NCBI RefSeq assembly: GCF_964204645.1
Contig: NC_134030.1
Coordinates: 15,066,110-15,130,109, forward strand
Source: Tubulanus polymorphus
Lineage: Eukaryota > Animalia > Nemertea
Length of the DNA: 64,000 nt
Direction of reading: 5' to 3'
Below the pieces are notes generated by a model that was given only the letters and a program-made list of their open reading frames with translations, was not told the DNA's origin and did no database searches. Positions 27,391 to 40,616 of this stretch are shown one piece after another. Numbering within the stretch: position 1 is the stretch's first letter; every line of letters starts with the position of its first letter. The translations under genes were made by a program, and so were the position numbers.

Positions 27391-28172
27391 GAAAAGAGTA
27401 TCATTACGTATATATACGTGGAGAAATTAATATAATAACTTTATAATCAGACAATCTCAACACGCGGAACCAGTAAAAATAACCGTTGTAAAGCCGCAAA
27501 GTTAATTGAATGAAATTGACATAATGTCAGCGTCTTACAGATGAAATAATGAATGAATCAATGAGAAGTGCTCATGCAATTCCAAACAGATGAAATCAGA
27601 TTCGAATATTTACTTCTTCGTTATGCGAAGTTTTTTCTTATATCAGAGGCGATTTAGTTTAGGTTTTAGAGTCCATGGTTATACGAAATATCTTATGATT
27701 TCTCAACAGTCATCAAATACTTAGGAACGCCATTGAACGATTTTCAAACCATTAAACGTTTGGGTAAAAAGTTCTGCTAAAATTGATTACGATCGGCTTT
27801 TAGATAATCTCCACGAGGGTCACCATTTAAGTGATTTGACCTTGGGAGGTTTAAACCTCCCAAATCCAATTTGCGAAATATCGGTCCTCTTTGAACGAAT
27901 CAATAATGCGAAGTTTCTATTGTGCGCTGGCCGCATTTTGTTTACGAATAGCTTACGTAATAAATTGAAAGTCGAGATCACTGGCGGATATAGCGCTCTA
28001 TGGCTCACGCTCAATTCATAAACTGGTCCGCAAATAAAGTGTTTAGAAGTATAAGTGACACGTTTGTACGATTTAACGCAGTAAATTTATCATTTTTCGG
28101 AGCTTAAGGACCGGAAATTGGCAATATTTTTGATACAAATTGAGAAAGTATCAAAACATTTGGGAACGTGGA

Positions 28173-28806
28173 CAACATCGTCAAAACCTCGTCCACATTG
28201 TCAACAACGTCAACATCGCCAACATCGTCAAAACCTCGTCAACAACGTCAACGATTAACTTAAAACAAATCTATATCGTATTAAGTGTGATTATTGATTA
28301 TTAAGTGTGATTATTGCCGGAGGGCGCGCGAAAATAATCTACTGCGCAGTGACAAATGTCCAAGTAATGCAGTCTTAAGTATTTCTCCCATCGTCAACAT
28401 TGTAAAATAAGGGGAGTGTTTGAAACACTATACGCCTCGCGATCCCAGACAACTGTTGAGGGGAATATTTGCAACAGTACACACCGCCCGATCCCAGACA
28501 ACCCTGTAGAGGGGAATATTGACGCCCCACGATCCCAGACAATATATTTGAAACAATATACGCCACACTATCCCAGACAACTCTGTAGCGGGGAATATTG
28601 GAACCAAATTGCCGTATCTTCAATAGCCTTCACTCGTAGAGTTACGTATTTCGTGAATTATTAGTTATCGATGACAAAGGGGATTGGAGTGTAAAAATCG
28701 TTTAAAATTTTTTTTTCCAAATTCTGTCAAACTAACGATACTGGCGATGTTGATGTTGATGTTGTTGACGATGTTGGCGATGTTAGCGATGTTGACGGTG
28801 TTGATG
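28173..28806. repeat. Fold-back-like segment: (caacatcgt)-type arms in inverted orientation around a minisatellite
   Basis: Arms at 28173-28253 and 28744-28806; atcccagacaa occurs 4 times in 28440-28600. Confidence 0.55.
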
Positions 28807-29970
28807 CAAGATATCTTTAGATTTTAGAATTCACTTGTAGGGGGCGTTTATGCGCACGTTCTTAGAATGTTTGGATTTTTTAGATAACTATTTCTGAAAA
28901 AGACGAACCTCAAAGTTCAGTACCCTGGATTTTTATGGATGCGGAGAAAACTGACCACCGACATTTATATCGCTCTCATGTCACATTGTTTTAAATTTAA
29001 GAAATGATTTTTACATAATTGAAAACACGAGATTCACGCGGTCTGAATGTTGCTGAAACTGTCAAAATCACGCATCACAGATAGTTTTTAAAAAGGAGAA
29101 AAACATGAGCCAACAATACGGGACAAAAGTACCCTAAAAAAATGGCAGCTAGCAACTGTAAAATGGTTCAGTACCTACGAATAAATGCGCCTTCTATCCT
29201 TTAATTCAATTAAAAACCAACCCCTCTACAATTTAATGTCACTCAAAAATGTAGGCCTTACGATTTAGTCACTATCACCCGGACATTTGAGGGACATACT
29301 CGGATATCATACTGTAGGAGAAATAAAGGTTTGTTTGATATATCAAAAATCCCGCTGGCAGGATGTGACAAGGAACAATATTCAAGATTCACTGCCCTCT
29401 TTCCCGAATTAACTGTCCTTCTATAAAATTCACTGCTATTCATGGCCGCGAATCATTTTACAATTTACTGCTATTCACTGCTTTCACAGCCCGCGACGAA
29501 CCCTGGCAGTCGAGTGAATCATTTGCAGTTTCCAATAAAAAGGTTAACTAGGCCACTCGGGAGCTGCGCTTCTCATTCACAAGCACTGATAAATACACGA
29601 CATAGCGCGAGTCTGTGAAGCATAAATATTCGTGACAGCGCATGTATTCTTCCGAAACGAAATGTAGTTCCACCAACAAATAAATAACTGAATCAATTAA
29701 TAAGCAATGCATTCCGATGAAATTCAATAGGATAGGGATTTCATTACCGCATTTGATGTTTTGAAAGTTCCGAAGAGAAACTAAGCCTTGTTCGGAAGTT
29801 ATTTTGTGTCAAAGGAAGAAAGATCCACATGCGATAGCAAAATGGACTTCGTTAAAGCTTAAGTCCATAATAAAAAAGTAATACGGTAAACTACGGCTCG
29901 AATCGGTAATCGGTTCGATCCCGGCATAGAATGATAAAAATATTTTCTGTCCCTAACTGTCGTCAGCTTG

Positions 29971-31015
29971 AAAAACTAGGGGTCAAGACACACCGCGCTC
30001 ACCACCATGGAAGTGCAGGTTTCAAATGCTCAACAATCAAACGATTCAAATATTCAACACCCCCTGGTGACATATACTGAAATCTATGACCTTGATACAC
30101 CACAATTACAAAACATGTCACATGCTACAAATTTGCAATGGATTGTTATTACGAAATATGCCTAGGCACTATATTATTGAACAAATCAACGCCCCCTGGT
30201 GAACAATTGATTATGGTTACAAAATATGGTACCAATATGGTATGGAATTACTAAGTGATTCTACTGTTCAACGCCCTAGGTGACCATACAATGTTACAAC
30301 CATGTTATAACCTTTAACAACCATGTTATAACCTTTAACTTTGCAATTGATTGTGGTTAGAAAGTATGCATAGGTTCCAATTTAGTATGGAAAATAGTAA
30401 GTTATTCTTCAATTCAACGCCTCCTGGTGACCATATACAAAATCTAATGACCTTGAAACTCACCACAATCATGGAACATGCCATGAGCTACTATAGTTTG
30501 CAATGGATTGTAGTCACAAAATACAAAATACGTATAGGTACCAATATAAGTAGACAAATTGTATACTATTCAATATTTGACTCCCCCTGCTGGCAAGAAA
30601 AAAGAATTGGGTGATTCCAAATTCCATGTGAGGAGATGTATCCTTTAACAGTGCTAGTAATAATCAAATATCAAGGCTTTAAGTTCAAACCAGCTGTTTT
30701 TCCTCGAAAAACCTTCCTACACCTGACTAAATACTAAATACCCACCACAATGACTAAATACCCACCACAAAAAAAAACAATGAAAAATGGCAAACCGTTA
30801 GGAACCTACATGGCTCAGAATTCGGGCCAAGCTTAATATTTTGTGCACAAAAAAGGCCACAGGACGGCTATCTTGAGTCCGATGGACCCTATTTTTCTTA
30901 TGCCGATGGGCCTTTGGGGAATACAAGTATATAGGACTATGAAAGATAAAGTTAATTGATGAAAACGATGTTAGTCAGCCATCTTGATTCTGACCAGGCC
31001 AGTTTTCGAGCTGAG
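29971..31015 (-). mobile_element. HINE family B, 5'-truncated copy with internal tandem repeats
   Basis: Reverse complement of about 46480-47576, including the terminal aaactagggg and the ccccctggtgac repeat units. Confidence 0.75.
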
Positions 31016-31033
31016 GATGTATCTATATCTTAC

Positions 31034-31160
31034 CTCGTTTTGAACGGTTTAAATTCTTAAACGGACAATCTTCCTTCTCATCCTCGTTGTGGATGTGTCT
31101 GCTTTCAAGCATATGCACTAGTTGCCAAGCAACCAACAATAACATCACAGTTCGGAGCAT
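31034..31160 (-). CDS. Candidate first coding exon of a host secreted precursor protein
   Basis: MLRTVMLLLVAWQLVHMLES-RHIHNEDEKEDCPFKNLNRSKR, then GAG|GTAAGA donor; acceptor ttttag before 31227. Signal-peptide-like start and RxKR furin motif. Confidence 0.45.
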
Positions 31161-33250
31161 TCCGGTTCACGGTTTTCTGCAGGATGAATTCATGAATTGT
31201 CACTATGAAACTGTTGTGAATAATCATCTAAAAACTTATAATACATTCAAATATTACATTGACTGTGTTTTATTAAATTCTACCTACAAATATGAGTGCA
31301 GAGTAATAGTCTATGGAATATTGTTGATTTAGACTACAATTCAGTTATGTAAATCCAGGAAATATTCTTCTAACTGTGGATGGGTTGAGAAATAAACTAC
31401 CGGTAGAAATAAACTAGGTTTCTCGTGTGATTTGGAAAAGGGGGCAAGAACGTGCATACAAGGACTCGCTAACTTTCGAAATACATTTCATGCTTTGTCA
31501 AATTGAGAGAGGCTTTTTATTGGAAAAAATAACCCTTTCCCATAGCAAAGAAGGTAGATATTGATACATTGAATTAAGCTGATCACACGGGTTTCAACTG
31601 ACACAAAACAACAAGCTTGCTGTTAACAGTACCTTGTAAGCCTGATAAGCGTTACCCACTTAATAGGGAATGAGTTTGATGCTGTCGAAAAGAAAAAAAC
31701 CAACAGGTTAACTGACTCGATCGGTACTGAATTAACATTAACCACCTAAGATCCATAAGTGTCAAGTTTTTACCTGCAGCGAAAATGACTTCCCAATTCT
31801 GTAATTGTCCAAACCAAATTGAATGTACGCTGATTACACGAACACTTTATTATCGAACCTGGGAGGGCACACCTGAAACAACAATAAAGAACATTTCAAC
31901 TCATAAATGAAACACGTGCGAACCGACAGTGTTTTACGACAACAAATGGCAAATGTTTGTTTTTCTAATAAAACTTAATAAAGAGAACGCATTTTTGTAA
32001 TTGATATACTGGTACAATTATTATATGAATCAAAATATGACGCATTATACAACATTACAAAGGCAAATCCTCGCGCAACCAGACGTGAAGCGATGTACAG
32101 GATATTCAAAATTAACTAAGTAATTAGGGATTTTTGTGTGGATTTATACTATAGGCCTAAGTAAATGTCGTATCATCCGTGTAGGTATAATAGAAAACAA
32201 TACAAAATACATTGGCAAATTACAGCATGCATTAACGATATCGTCGTTAGGTAAACCACCTGATCTAACGACGGTAACACCTCCAGTGTAGGCCGCCGGT
32301 TGCTGCTCTATCGGTTCGACATAAGCCGGCATGCGACGGCAACCCGACGCCTACCGACTCGTCGCAAGCCGTATCCAGCTAGTTGCCCATGTTCTACTCC
32401 GGCCTACGGTAGGCGGACAGTTGCTTTCGATCGCAACCGACATAAGCTCATCTGCGACGTGACGGAAATGAGTGAAATGTCGACAAAGATTGGGTCGATG
32501 AATGGTTTGACAATCAACCGCGAAAATAGCTTGAGTTGAAAATAGCTGAAATTCCCTTAGCAACGGGGGGAATTGATAATAACAAACCGCGCCCGACCGG
32601 TTCAGCACCGCGCAGGTTCGAATCCCGGAGAATAAAGCTCTCGCGCGCGGAGCAGTCAATCCCAGCCGCAGCACTGAAATTTATTTTATGAAATTTAATG
32701 AGCTTGCGTTGAGAGATGCGTTAGAGTCGTACGATTTGCTTAAAATTTCACGGCAGCGCTGCGGATCGGCACGATCTCGAGTGCGATCTCCTTCACTGAG
32801 CAGCAGCATCGCGGTCGGCAAAACATTTATAGTCTCCGGCCCTTCTTTCGCCAAATAAGGGATTCGGTACCGTAGGCCACGTGCACTGCTTATTTTGAAC
32901 CGTAAATTCCCGGTACTCGATATTCCGAAGGATAAAATCGACATACCACGATCCTAGCTCCTCTTTACAGGGGATTATTAGAAACCGAACGCCAAACGAT
33001 TCCAGAACCTCTGTAAGGGCTGGAATGGGCCCAAGTCGGATATAGCATAATATAGTGCCTTGGCGTAGAGTTAATAAGTTGTGCGGTTAATGTATCAGCG
33101 CATTAATACATTGGCGCATGAATACATTGATAATTGGGTATTAATGCGCGGCAAAGATGTAGTTCATGTAGAGGTTGACCGACGATTAGTGACAGTTGAC
33201 TATGTTGTTTGTTGGTTGGCCCATTGGAGAGATGATAGAGTGCATATCTC

Positions 33251-33420
33251 ACCCGCTGGTTGACGGTCGACGATTGACACGATGCAATGTTGTCGCCAAT
33301 TTATGTACAAGGAGTGCATAGACCTATAACATCCGCTGGTTGATGGTCGACGGACGACACGTCGCAATGTTGTCGCCAATGTATGTACAAGGATCGCGGG
33401 TTGACTGGTTGACGGGTGAC
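33251..33420. repeat. Short tandem repeat, about 80 bp x2+
   Basis: ccgctggttga.ggtcgacga...gcaatgttgtcgccaat.tatgtacaagga is repeated. Confidence 0.75.
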
Positions 33421-34711
33421 CACAAAACACAAACAAATAAGAGAAGAAAATAAACAACGTATTAATGTATTAGGTTTTCTTTACGAAATGATTACACAAT
33501 AAAATTTAGTTATCATCGTCATCGTTGTTATCAGTTTCGGCCTCAGTTTGCGCTGCCTGAGTCAGTATGTCTCTCAGAAGCTCTATGTGAGGATATTTAG
33601 CTATGCATTAGTTGGTCAGACACCCCGGTGGTATCCCAGAATTTCGCGGTATAAGTGTCCTGATTTATTCCGGCACTTTTAAGCTGCGTCGCATCAGGTG
33701 CCAATGTCTCCGGTGCGGGTTTATAGAAAATGTGTCGAGCAGCGTTGCGCATTTTGCGGTTGGTATACTTACCGAATCCTGCACTCTCTTGTGCTTGCAG
33801 TTCAACTGAAATTGAAATAACGCCGAAATAACGATACTGTGGTCAACATGATAATGTGGATAGCTTAAATTAATTGGGATTGTTGTAAAGTGTAAAATAA
33901 AATGTAATTAATTTGAAGTGAGCATAGCGTACCTATAATTTGCTGAGCTAGAGAGCCTTTTGTTTGTCGCTGTATTTGGCGGCTGTCGACTTAAGGGCCT
34001 GGTGTTTGGTCACGTGGTGTGTTTGGTGTATGAGGTTAATAGATCGTTAGTAGTTAATTAGTTGGTTGGAAAATACGTCGACACGTTGACACATGGAATG
34101 TTAATGGCTGGCGATGTGAATGTGTCGACATGACAACTTTCTTTGGGATACACATAAACCGAACAACGTAGTAAGCATACGCGAAGGAACTATACTATGC
34201 AATACCCTACTTGAGCCCTGGAATGTATGTATGTAGGTTTGCAAGATTGCCGGTTTCTCGGAAAGTCGGGAGTGCCGGTATGTCGGGACTGTTAAGATTG
34301 GCAGTTCTTTGGTTAGCATTGTGCGTATTAATACATCAGGTAAAAAGGCCATTGTACTACTTATTCATATTTTATACTTGAGCCAAACTATTCAATACCA
34401 ACGGATCCATATTGTCGACTGCCCGTAAATGTATTTTATATTCGAATGAAATTAATTATAACTATTGAAAAATCTTTCTGCCGAGATAATAGCTGCTGTT
34501 TCAAGGATTCGAACCCGCTTTCAATTGTTTGTTAGGCCTGATAGATTTCAACCACCAAACAGAATCTTCGATACATTTTGTTATAAATCAAAGATGGCTT
34601 CCACATCAAACTGATTGATAAATTTTTGCTAGATTCCGGTTCCGAGAATTTCCCAGATGCCCGGAAATTGCCTCAAATTCCATTCCATTACTGGAGCTTT
34701 GGGGGTCTTCG

Positions 34712-35036
34712 CATCCTCCCTCTGCAGGGACTCGAACCTGATGGCATCGCTACACTCAGCCACGGCACGAACCCCTGCATCAGTAGACCGGGTGCGCAGG
34801 TACATGCGAAAACTGGCGGCACCAATCAGATTGCTCGTTGTATAATCGTTGAGGCAAATTTTAAGGAAGAACTATAAATGGGAAAACCCGGGCTAAAATA
34901 AAACGGGATTTCTGATTGGCTAAAAATCACATCATCTGAACTGCGCATGTATCTGCGCACACGGTCGATTATGGCAGGGTTTCGTGCCGTGGCAATCTCG
35001 ATGCCATCAGGTTCGAATCCCTGCCGGGGGAGGATG
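34712..35036. mobile_element. 325-bp MITE with about 100-bp imperfect TIRs and a 9-bp TSD
   Basis: Ends catcctccc...gggaggatg; TSD gggtcttcg at 34703-34711 and 35037-35045. Confidence 0.8.
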
Positions 35037-35530
35037 GGGTCTTCGGTGCGAAGCGTAGCTTCGTGCCTACGGCGCTCGCAATGAGGTCAGAATGAGGTCA
35101 AATTGATTTCCGATTTTTTTTGGTAACTACTGTTGGGATCCATGTGACAAAAGCGGAATTCATTTAAATGAACACGGAAAATCTACGTTTTCCGGTCACT
35201 TTCAACATGTACTTTCGAACAGAGATGAGGCCCACAAATAAGAAAAGAAAAGAGAGATCATCAACGCAAATTCCACCGAGTGCGGAAAAACTTTCTAGAA
35301 AGCCAAATGTAAGTGAATAAAAAATACGCTTCTTTAGGAGGAAAACTAGTCAAGGTTCAAAGATCCTTCATCGGATGTTACTTACTATTTCATTATATTA
35401 ATCAACATGTTATATGCTTAGGAAACATTGATGTTGCCAACCGTATTAAAACGGCGCTAAATGATAGCGATTTCTCAATGATGACATGAGCGGAAATCCA
35501 CTAAATAATTGATGTCCGTATAAAGATATA

Positions 35531-35788
35531 TATGATGTAAATGAGTTAGTTTATGATAATGCAGGTCTTAATATACTTCAATTAAATACCCATAGCTTAC
35601 AAAAAAAATTAAGTGAATTGAGAAACATTGTCAGTATTTTAAAAGATCAAGGATGTATACTACATCTAGTTTTAATAAGTGAAACACTGATGAATGAAAA
35701 TAACAAATGTAAAATCCAAATACCAGGGTATAATTTAATAGAGGAACATCGCCAAACCAAACAAGGTGGTGGTGTTGCCATATTCATA
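35531..35788 (+). pseudogene. LINE AP-endonuclease N-terminal fragment
   Basis: LNILQLNTHSL...LISETL...IPGYNLIEEHRQTKQGGGVAIFI; stops abruptly at 35788. Confidence 0.8.
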
Positions 35789-36252
35789 AGTAATTAGAAT
35801 ATGACGTTTTCAGGCCAGAGGGTGAGAGGGCGACTCATCACCACTTATAATTTTTTTCCTTGTAGGTGGAGACAGAAAAGCATTCTTAGCGTAAATAAAT
35901 AACAAAATAAAACCAACAAACAATATAAAAATAAAAAAATTAGTTGATGTAACCAAGAAATTGAGTATAAAATATTAAAATTAGAAAAAATAGAAACTAA
36001 ATATGGTGAAAAAATATCAGCAAATTTGAGATATTGTATATGTTAGTACAATACGAGAATTTTAAGTATTTTACCTGTTACATGGGTATCATTGATTAAA
36101 GGCGAATTAAAAGATTTAGAAGGATATAAACTATTTTATCATGGAAAAAGTGAAGATGGTCATCATGATTTATAAATTGTTGAATGAATTATTTCAAAAA
36201 ATAATAAAATAAAAAATAAAAAAAGATTAAAGAAAGAAGATAAAAGTTATAA
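35789..36252 (+). mobile_element. Putative left end of the Polinton-like element, with a decayed small ORF
   Basis: Begins AGTAAT (compare Polinton AGTAGT termini) exactly where the APE relic breaks; AT-rich ORF relic EYKILKLEKIETKYGEKISANL...LPVTW...LFYHG. Confidence 0.4.
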
Positions 36253-36306
36253 AAATATAGCTGCAAAGCAGCGATGATGAGTTTTCTGCGAAGCCATTCA
36301 GGATGA
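36253..36306 (-). mobile_element. HINE family A terminal fragment (3' end)
   Basis: aatatagctgcaaagcagcgatga.g.gttttctg..aagccattcag matches 51639-51694. Confidence 0.75.
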
Positions 36307-36466
36307 TGTAGAAGTAGTGTGGTCGTAAAGAAGACTTGATTGAACTTATATTCACTCAAGAAAGAAGATAGCTGAGGACAAATAGACAAGCCGGTTACAA
36401 TCATTAGTGAAAGGGGTCACACACCAAATATTAGAAGAACATCGTACCATAACAACTGGTGGAGAA
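36307..36466 (+). promoter_or_regulatory. Putative short 5' LTR (TG...CA, 36307-36454) and primer-binding site TGGTGGAGAA (tRNA-Ala-like)
   Basis: tgtaga...cataaca, a 2-nt gap, then tggtggagaa at 36457-36466, upstream of gag; no 3' LTR is available to confirm. Confidence 0.55.
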
Positions 36467-36600
36467 CAGCGGTACGTCCCACCTATCGCAGCCAAGACAT
36501 TTAGAGGACGGAAAATCGAATTTGCATGTTATTTTATACTACGGGCTGGATGTACTTTACGCGTTCCAGAAAAAGGACCTCGAATATTCAGATACAAAAA

Positions 36601-37584
36601 ATGGATCCTGTAGTAGATAATGGACAGGGTCAACCCGACCAACACGAAGATGTTAACGAAGAGGCAGATGATTCTGACGAAAGCTTACACATACCAAAAA
36701 GGTATGAGTGCTTTAAAACCAGATTATTTTAACGGAATAGATGATCCAATTCCGTGGATCAAGGCATTTGTACAATATGTAGGACGGAGAGTCAACGATT
36801 AGGAAGTTTCCCCTTGTTTCTTCGGGATGAAGCGCAGTCATGGTATCAAGGACTTTCTGCGATGGGATAATCTGAGAAAAGCATTCGATAACAGATATAA
36901 TGATAATGCCGAAAAGAAATGGCTACGAACACATGAACTAAAATATGTGAAAATAGTGTCAGGACAATCGGTCGATAATTTTGCTGATGAGGTACGAAGA
37001 AAAGCTTCTGAACTGGAACTACCACCTCATGTAACCTTAAGTGTATTTTTGGATGGGTTACGAACGACGATAAAGAAAATTGTATGCACTCAAATACAGG
37101 AAAATTTCGAAAAAGCGGTATCATTAGCGGGTCCTGCAGTTCAGATGCTGAAAATGGATAGCGCGGTGGATGAAGACGAACACATGCTAAACGCCTTGCA
37201 CTCGTCGGCAGGAGATGAACTAGTGAAATTGCGTGCAAGAGTCACTGTGATAGAACAACAAGAGGCTAGACGAGATCAACAACAACATCGGCGGTGGGAG
37301 CAGCCGCAAGGTAATTCGCGCGCGAGGCAGAACTTTAGTTCAAGACAATGGAATCTTTGGGGACAAAACCCCAATCTTTTCGTGGTGAATGTTTTAACTG
37401 TGGGGAAATTGGAGATTACGCTCGAAATTGCCGTATACAGCGAGAAGCAGGAGGACCTAATTTTTATTTGTGTGGACAGAAAGGACATATTAAGAGATTT
37501 TGCGGGCAGTTACGGTTAACAAAGGGCCAAAATAGGCCACCAGCAAGGATAGAATTGGGCGGCTATCTAGAGCTACAAGGATGA
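36601..37584 (+). pseudogene. gag: Gypsy gag with two zinc knuckles
   Basis: FNGIDDPIPWI, QSVDNFADEV, FLDGLR, CFNCGEIGDYARNC, YLCGQKGHIKRFC; frameshifted. Confidence 0.82.
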
Positions 37585-37960
37585 GTAAAGCCCACGATTC
37601 TGGTGATATAAAGGTAAAACTAAGGAATAATGCACCCAAAAGATGCTCAGAAATAAGAAAACGGCAGGCTATATTGAAATCTAATAAGCAGGTAACAGTT
37701 TTGACAACTGAGCATCCATTAGGTTTACCATGTAAAATAAGGGGACACGAGGTTGATCCATTAGTAGATACGGGTGCAACAAATTTTAAACGATTAAAAG
37801 AAGAAGGGCAAGTCCATCCTTATGATGGGGAATATAGTAGGTGGGCAAAGATCGCCAATGGGGGAATGTTGGAAGTTTTTGGATGTATAACCTTAAACGT
37901 TCACAAAGGCCAAGAGGAGATTAAGCAGAATTTTATGATATTGATACGCCGGTCACAATC

Positions 37961-39226
37961 CTCTCTTTAATCGTTATCTATAAAATACTTGAGTAAGGCC
38001 CTGGCGAGAGAACGTGTCCGTGCACAAATCCGAATGAATAAATTGAAATACCGGATGATAATATTGAAGATAATATATTTTATTTACCTTGAACAAAGAA
38101 TGATTTTCCTAATCCCTATTGTATATGAATCCCTATCGTTCCGAAGCTTCTCCTGTCCTGCTGTCGACACTCGTCTTACTAAGGTACAGATTCTTTCCAG
38201 TGACTGCTCTCTCAAGATGCGGGTCCCTTTTATAGAAAGAATCGGCATTCTTAAAATACCGACTCTCCCACTCGACTTTTGGCAAGGAGCAGCAACCTTA
38301 CTGTCATGACTGTTTTGGTCATATAGAATTTGGCCTTAATGATTCGCTGATCTAAAATTATTTTCAAAACTGATTTGCTAAACTAACTTTTTCCTTCCAA
38401 CCCTCCAGTCATGACGCGTTGTGATTTACTCACTCCTTGCTAGTCGTTGTTGAGAGAGCAGCTATTGTCTGTGAATTACCAACGAGCGCATACAGACAAC
38501 AGAAACTTCAGACAGCTAGTTTTAACATTTAACACAAATTAATTTTTCTAAAACATTAGCGATTATAAACAATTTGTTCTTAAACAACATCTAGATTACT
38601 CAAATTAAATATCTTTTCAAAACTTTGTTTTCTTTTCTAATTACAGTACAAATTCATTGTTTCTTTTTTAATTATTATAATTAACTACGATTCGGAATAC
38701 ATTGTGATTGATTATCAATTCTTAAATTATTTGAAATACTTATACTAATTATTTTATCTACAATTTAACTAATTCTATTTTAATACAGGATAAGCAAAAC
38801 AACCACATCTCCCTAAACTTCCGGTTTTTCCTTTTACGGAAAGTAGCCGGGAATATCATCAAGTATCAGCGTGATCCCTTCACGAGCCTCGTTATAAATA
38901 CACTCCATTGTTCCGACCCAACCAAATATGGTTCCAACTATTTAAAAGTTTTATATAAAGATTTTCTGAATGTTTGCCAGATCTCACAGCAGAAGAACCG
39001 AGAAAGAATTGTTGTTTATAGACTGATTTATGGTTTGCGTTGGTAGATGAAAGCATCAAACAAGAACTTTCGTAATTCCTACTACTAGTACGTTCTTGTC
39101 TGACGGCTTTAACGTAACCCCCACGCATACGGAAACAACATTAAGAACATTTCTAAATACTACGAAACATTTTCAGTTACTACGAAAATCTAGCTGTGGA
39201 TCACTATTGAAAAATTTGGCTCACTC
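37961..39226. mobile_element. Unclassified 1.27-kb insertion in the Gypsy protease
   Basis: Removal restores SQS-CILGLDF; no TIR, tail or clear TSD beyond an ambiguous TC. Confidence 0.6.
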
Positions 39227-40616
39227 TTGCATCCTAGGTTTAGATTTTTTTTAGAAACAAATAGGGTTGTAATATATTTTGAAGATAAGATTCTTAAACT
39301 AAAAAACGGTAAAATCGTCCACTTGACAGCAGGCTCAAAATTTAATCTTAAGATTTGTTTAGTAGCTCAAGATTCTATAACTATACCGCCCAAGGCTGAG
39401 GTCCAAATACGGGCAAAATTGAAGGGAAGTTCCAAGGTAAAAGAGGGATTAGGTTTCGTCCAACATTCTCCAACATTATGCGAGAGAGGTATCAGTTAAT
39501 GGGAGCAGCTAGTATATCGAATGTAAGGGATAGAATTGCCAATGCAGTTAGTTAACCCTACATATGAAAGTATTCGCTTATACAAGGTTGCAACTATTGG
39601 TACTGTTACAATGATTGATTTAGATGCCCCAATAAATGCAGTTGATTGGATAATGAAGGGATATCGGCCCAACGGGACATACACGAGGAGGATACTTTTG
39701 ACACAGTAAACACGGGGGACTTATCTGAATATAATTAGTCACAGTTGAAGAGCTTACTTGAGGAACTCTGGGATGAATTTGCAGAAAATGTTCTGCAATT
39801 AGGGGAAGCCAAGGGAGTGAGTTGCGACATTGAAACAGAAACTGAAATTCCGGTCCAGTCAAGGCCCTACAGAGTTCCATTGGCGCTCCGAGATATACTT
39901 CATTAAACGGATGCAACAATTAATGGAACATGGGGTGATTGCGGAATCTTCGTCGGATTGGAGTAGCCCTCCCTTACTTGTTCCAAAACCAGAGGGCTCC
40001 TATCGATTAGTGATAGATTTTCGTCGGCTGAACAAAGTTATAAAAATGCAAACTTTGCATCCAATTCTACATATTTTTGATACATCAACTATGTGTGGCA
40101 AATCGCAACCAAAGATATTTTCATCTCTCGATCTCATGAGTGGATATTTTCCGATACCAATATCGGAATGGTCTCATCATAAACTGGCTTTGTTACACCT
40201 TCGGGTCATTATCAGTTTACAAGATTGCCAATCGGAATTGCCTCGGCACCAAGTATCTTTCAGTCAATCATTACTCGGTTATTACATACGTCGGGAGACT
40301 CTGTTTTGGTTTATTTAGACGACATTTTCGTTTTCTCAGCAGATTGGGATGATCACATTACGTATTTACGTAATCTTTTTAGTAGACTAAGGAGCGGTTC
40401 CTGAACTTCGCTGATAAAGCTGAATCACTGAAACGCTGAAAAAAGAACGCTGAAATTTCTGGGAAATCCCGAAAAACGCTGAAATCGTGCTAGGAACCGA
40501 CAATACACGTTTTGAACCTTTTTTTCCGGAGCGGAGACGCTGCCGAGTCCTGAACCGTGCTTTAGTCTCTACCTAATTAAGTTATAGAGACATGCATAAA
40601 ACAATATGTGAGGAGT

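Noticed and set aside
29890-29930. tRNA genes at isolated GGTTCGA motifs (also about 8017, 32615, 34505)
   Set aside because: No cloverleaf or acceptor stem could be built.
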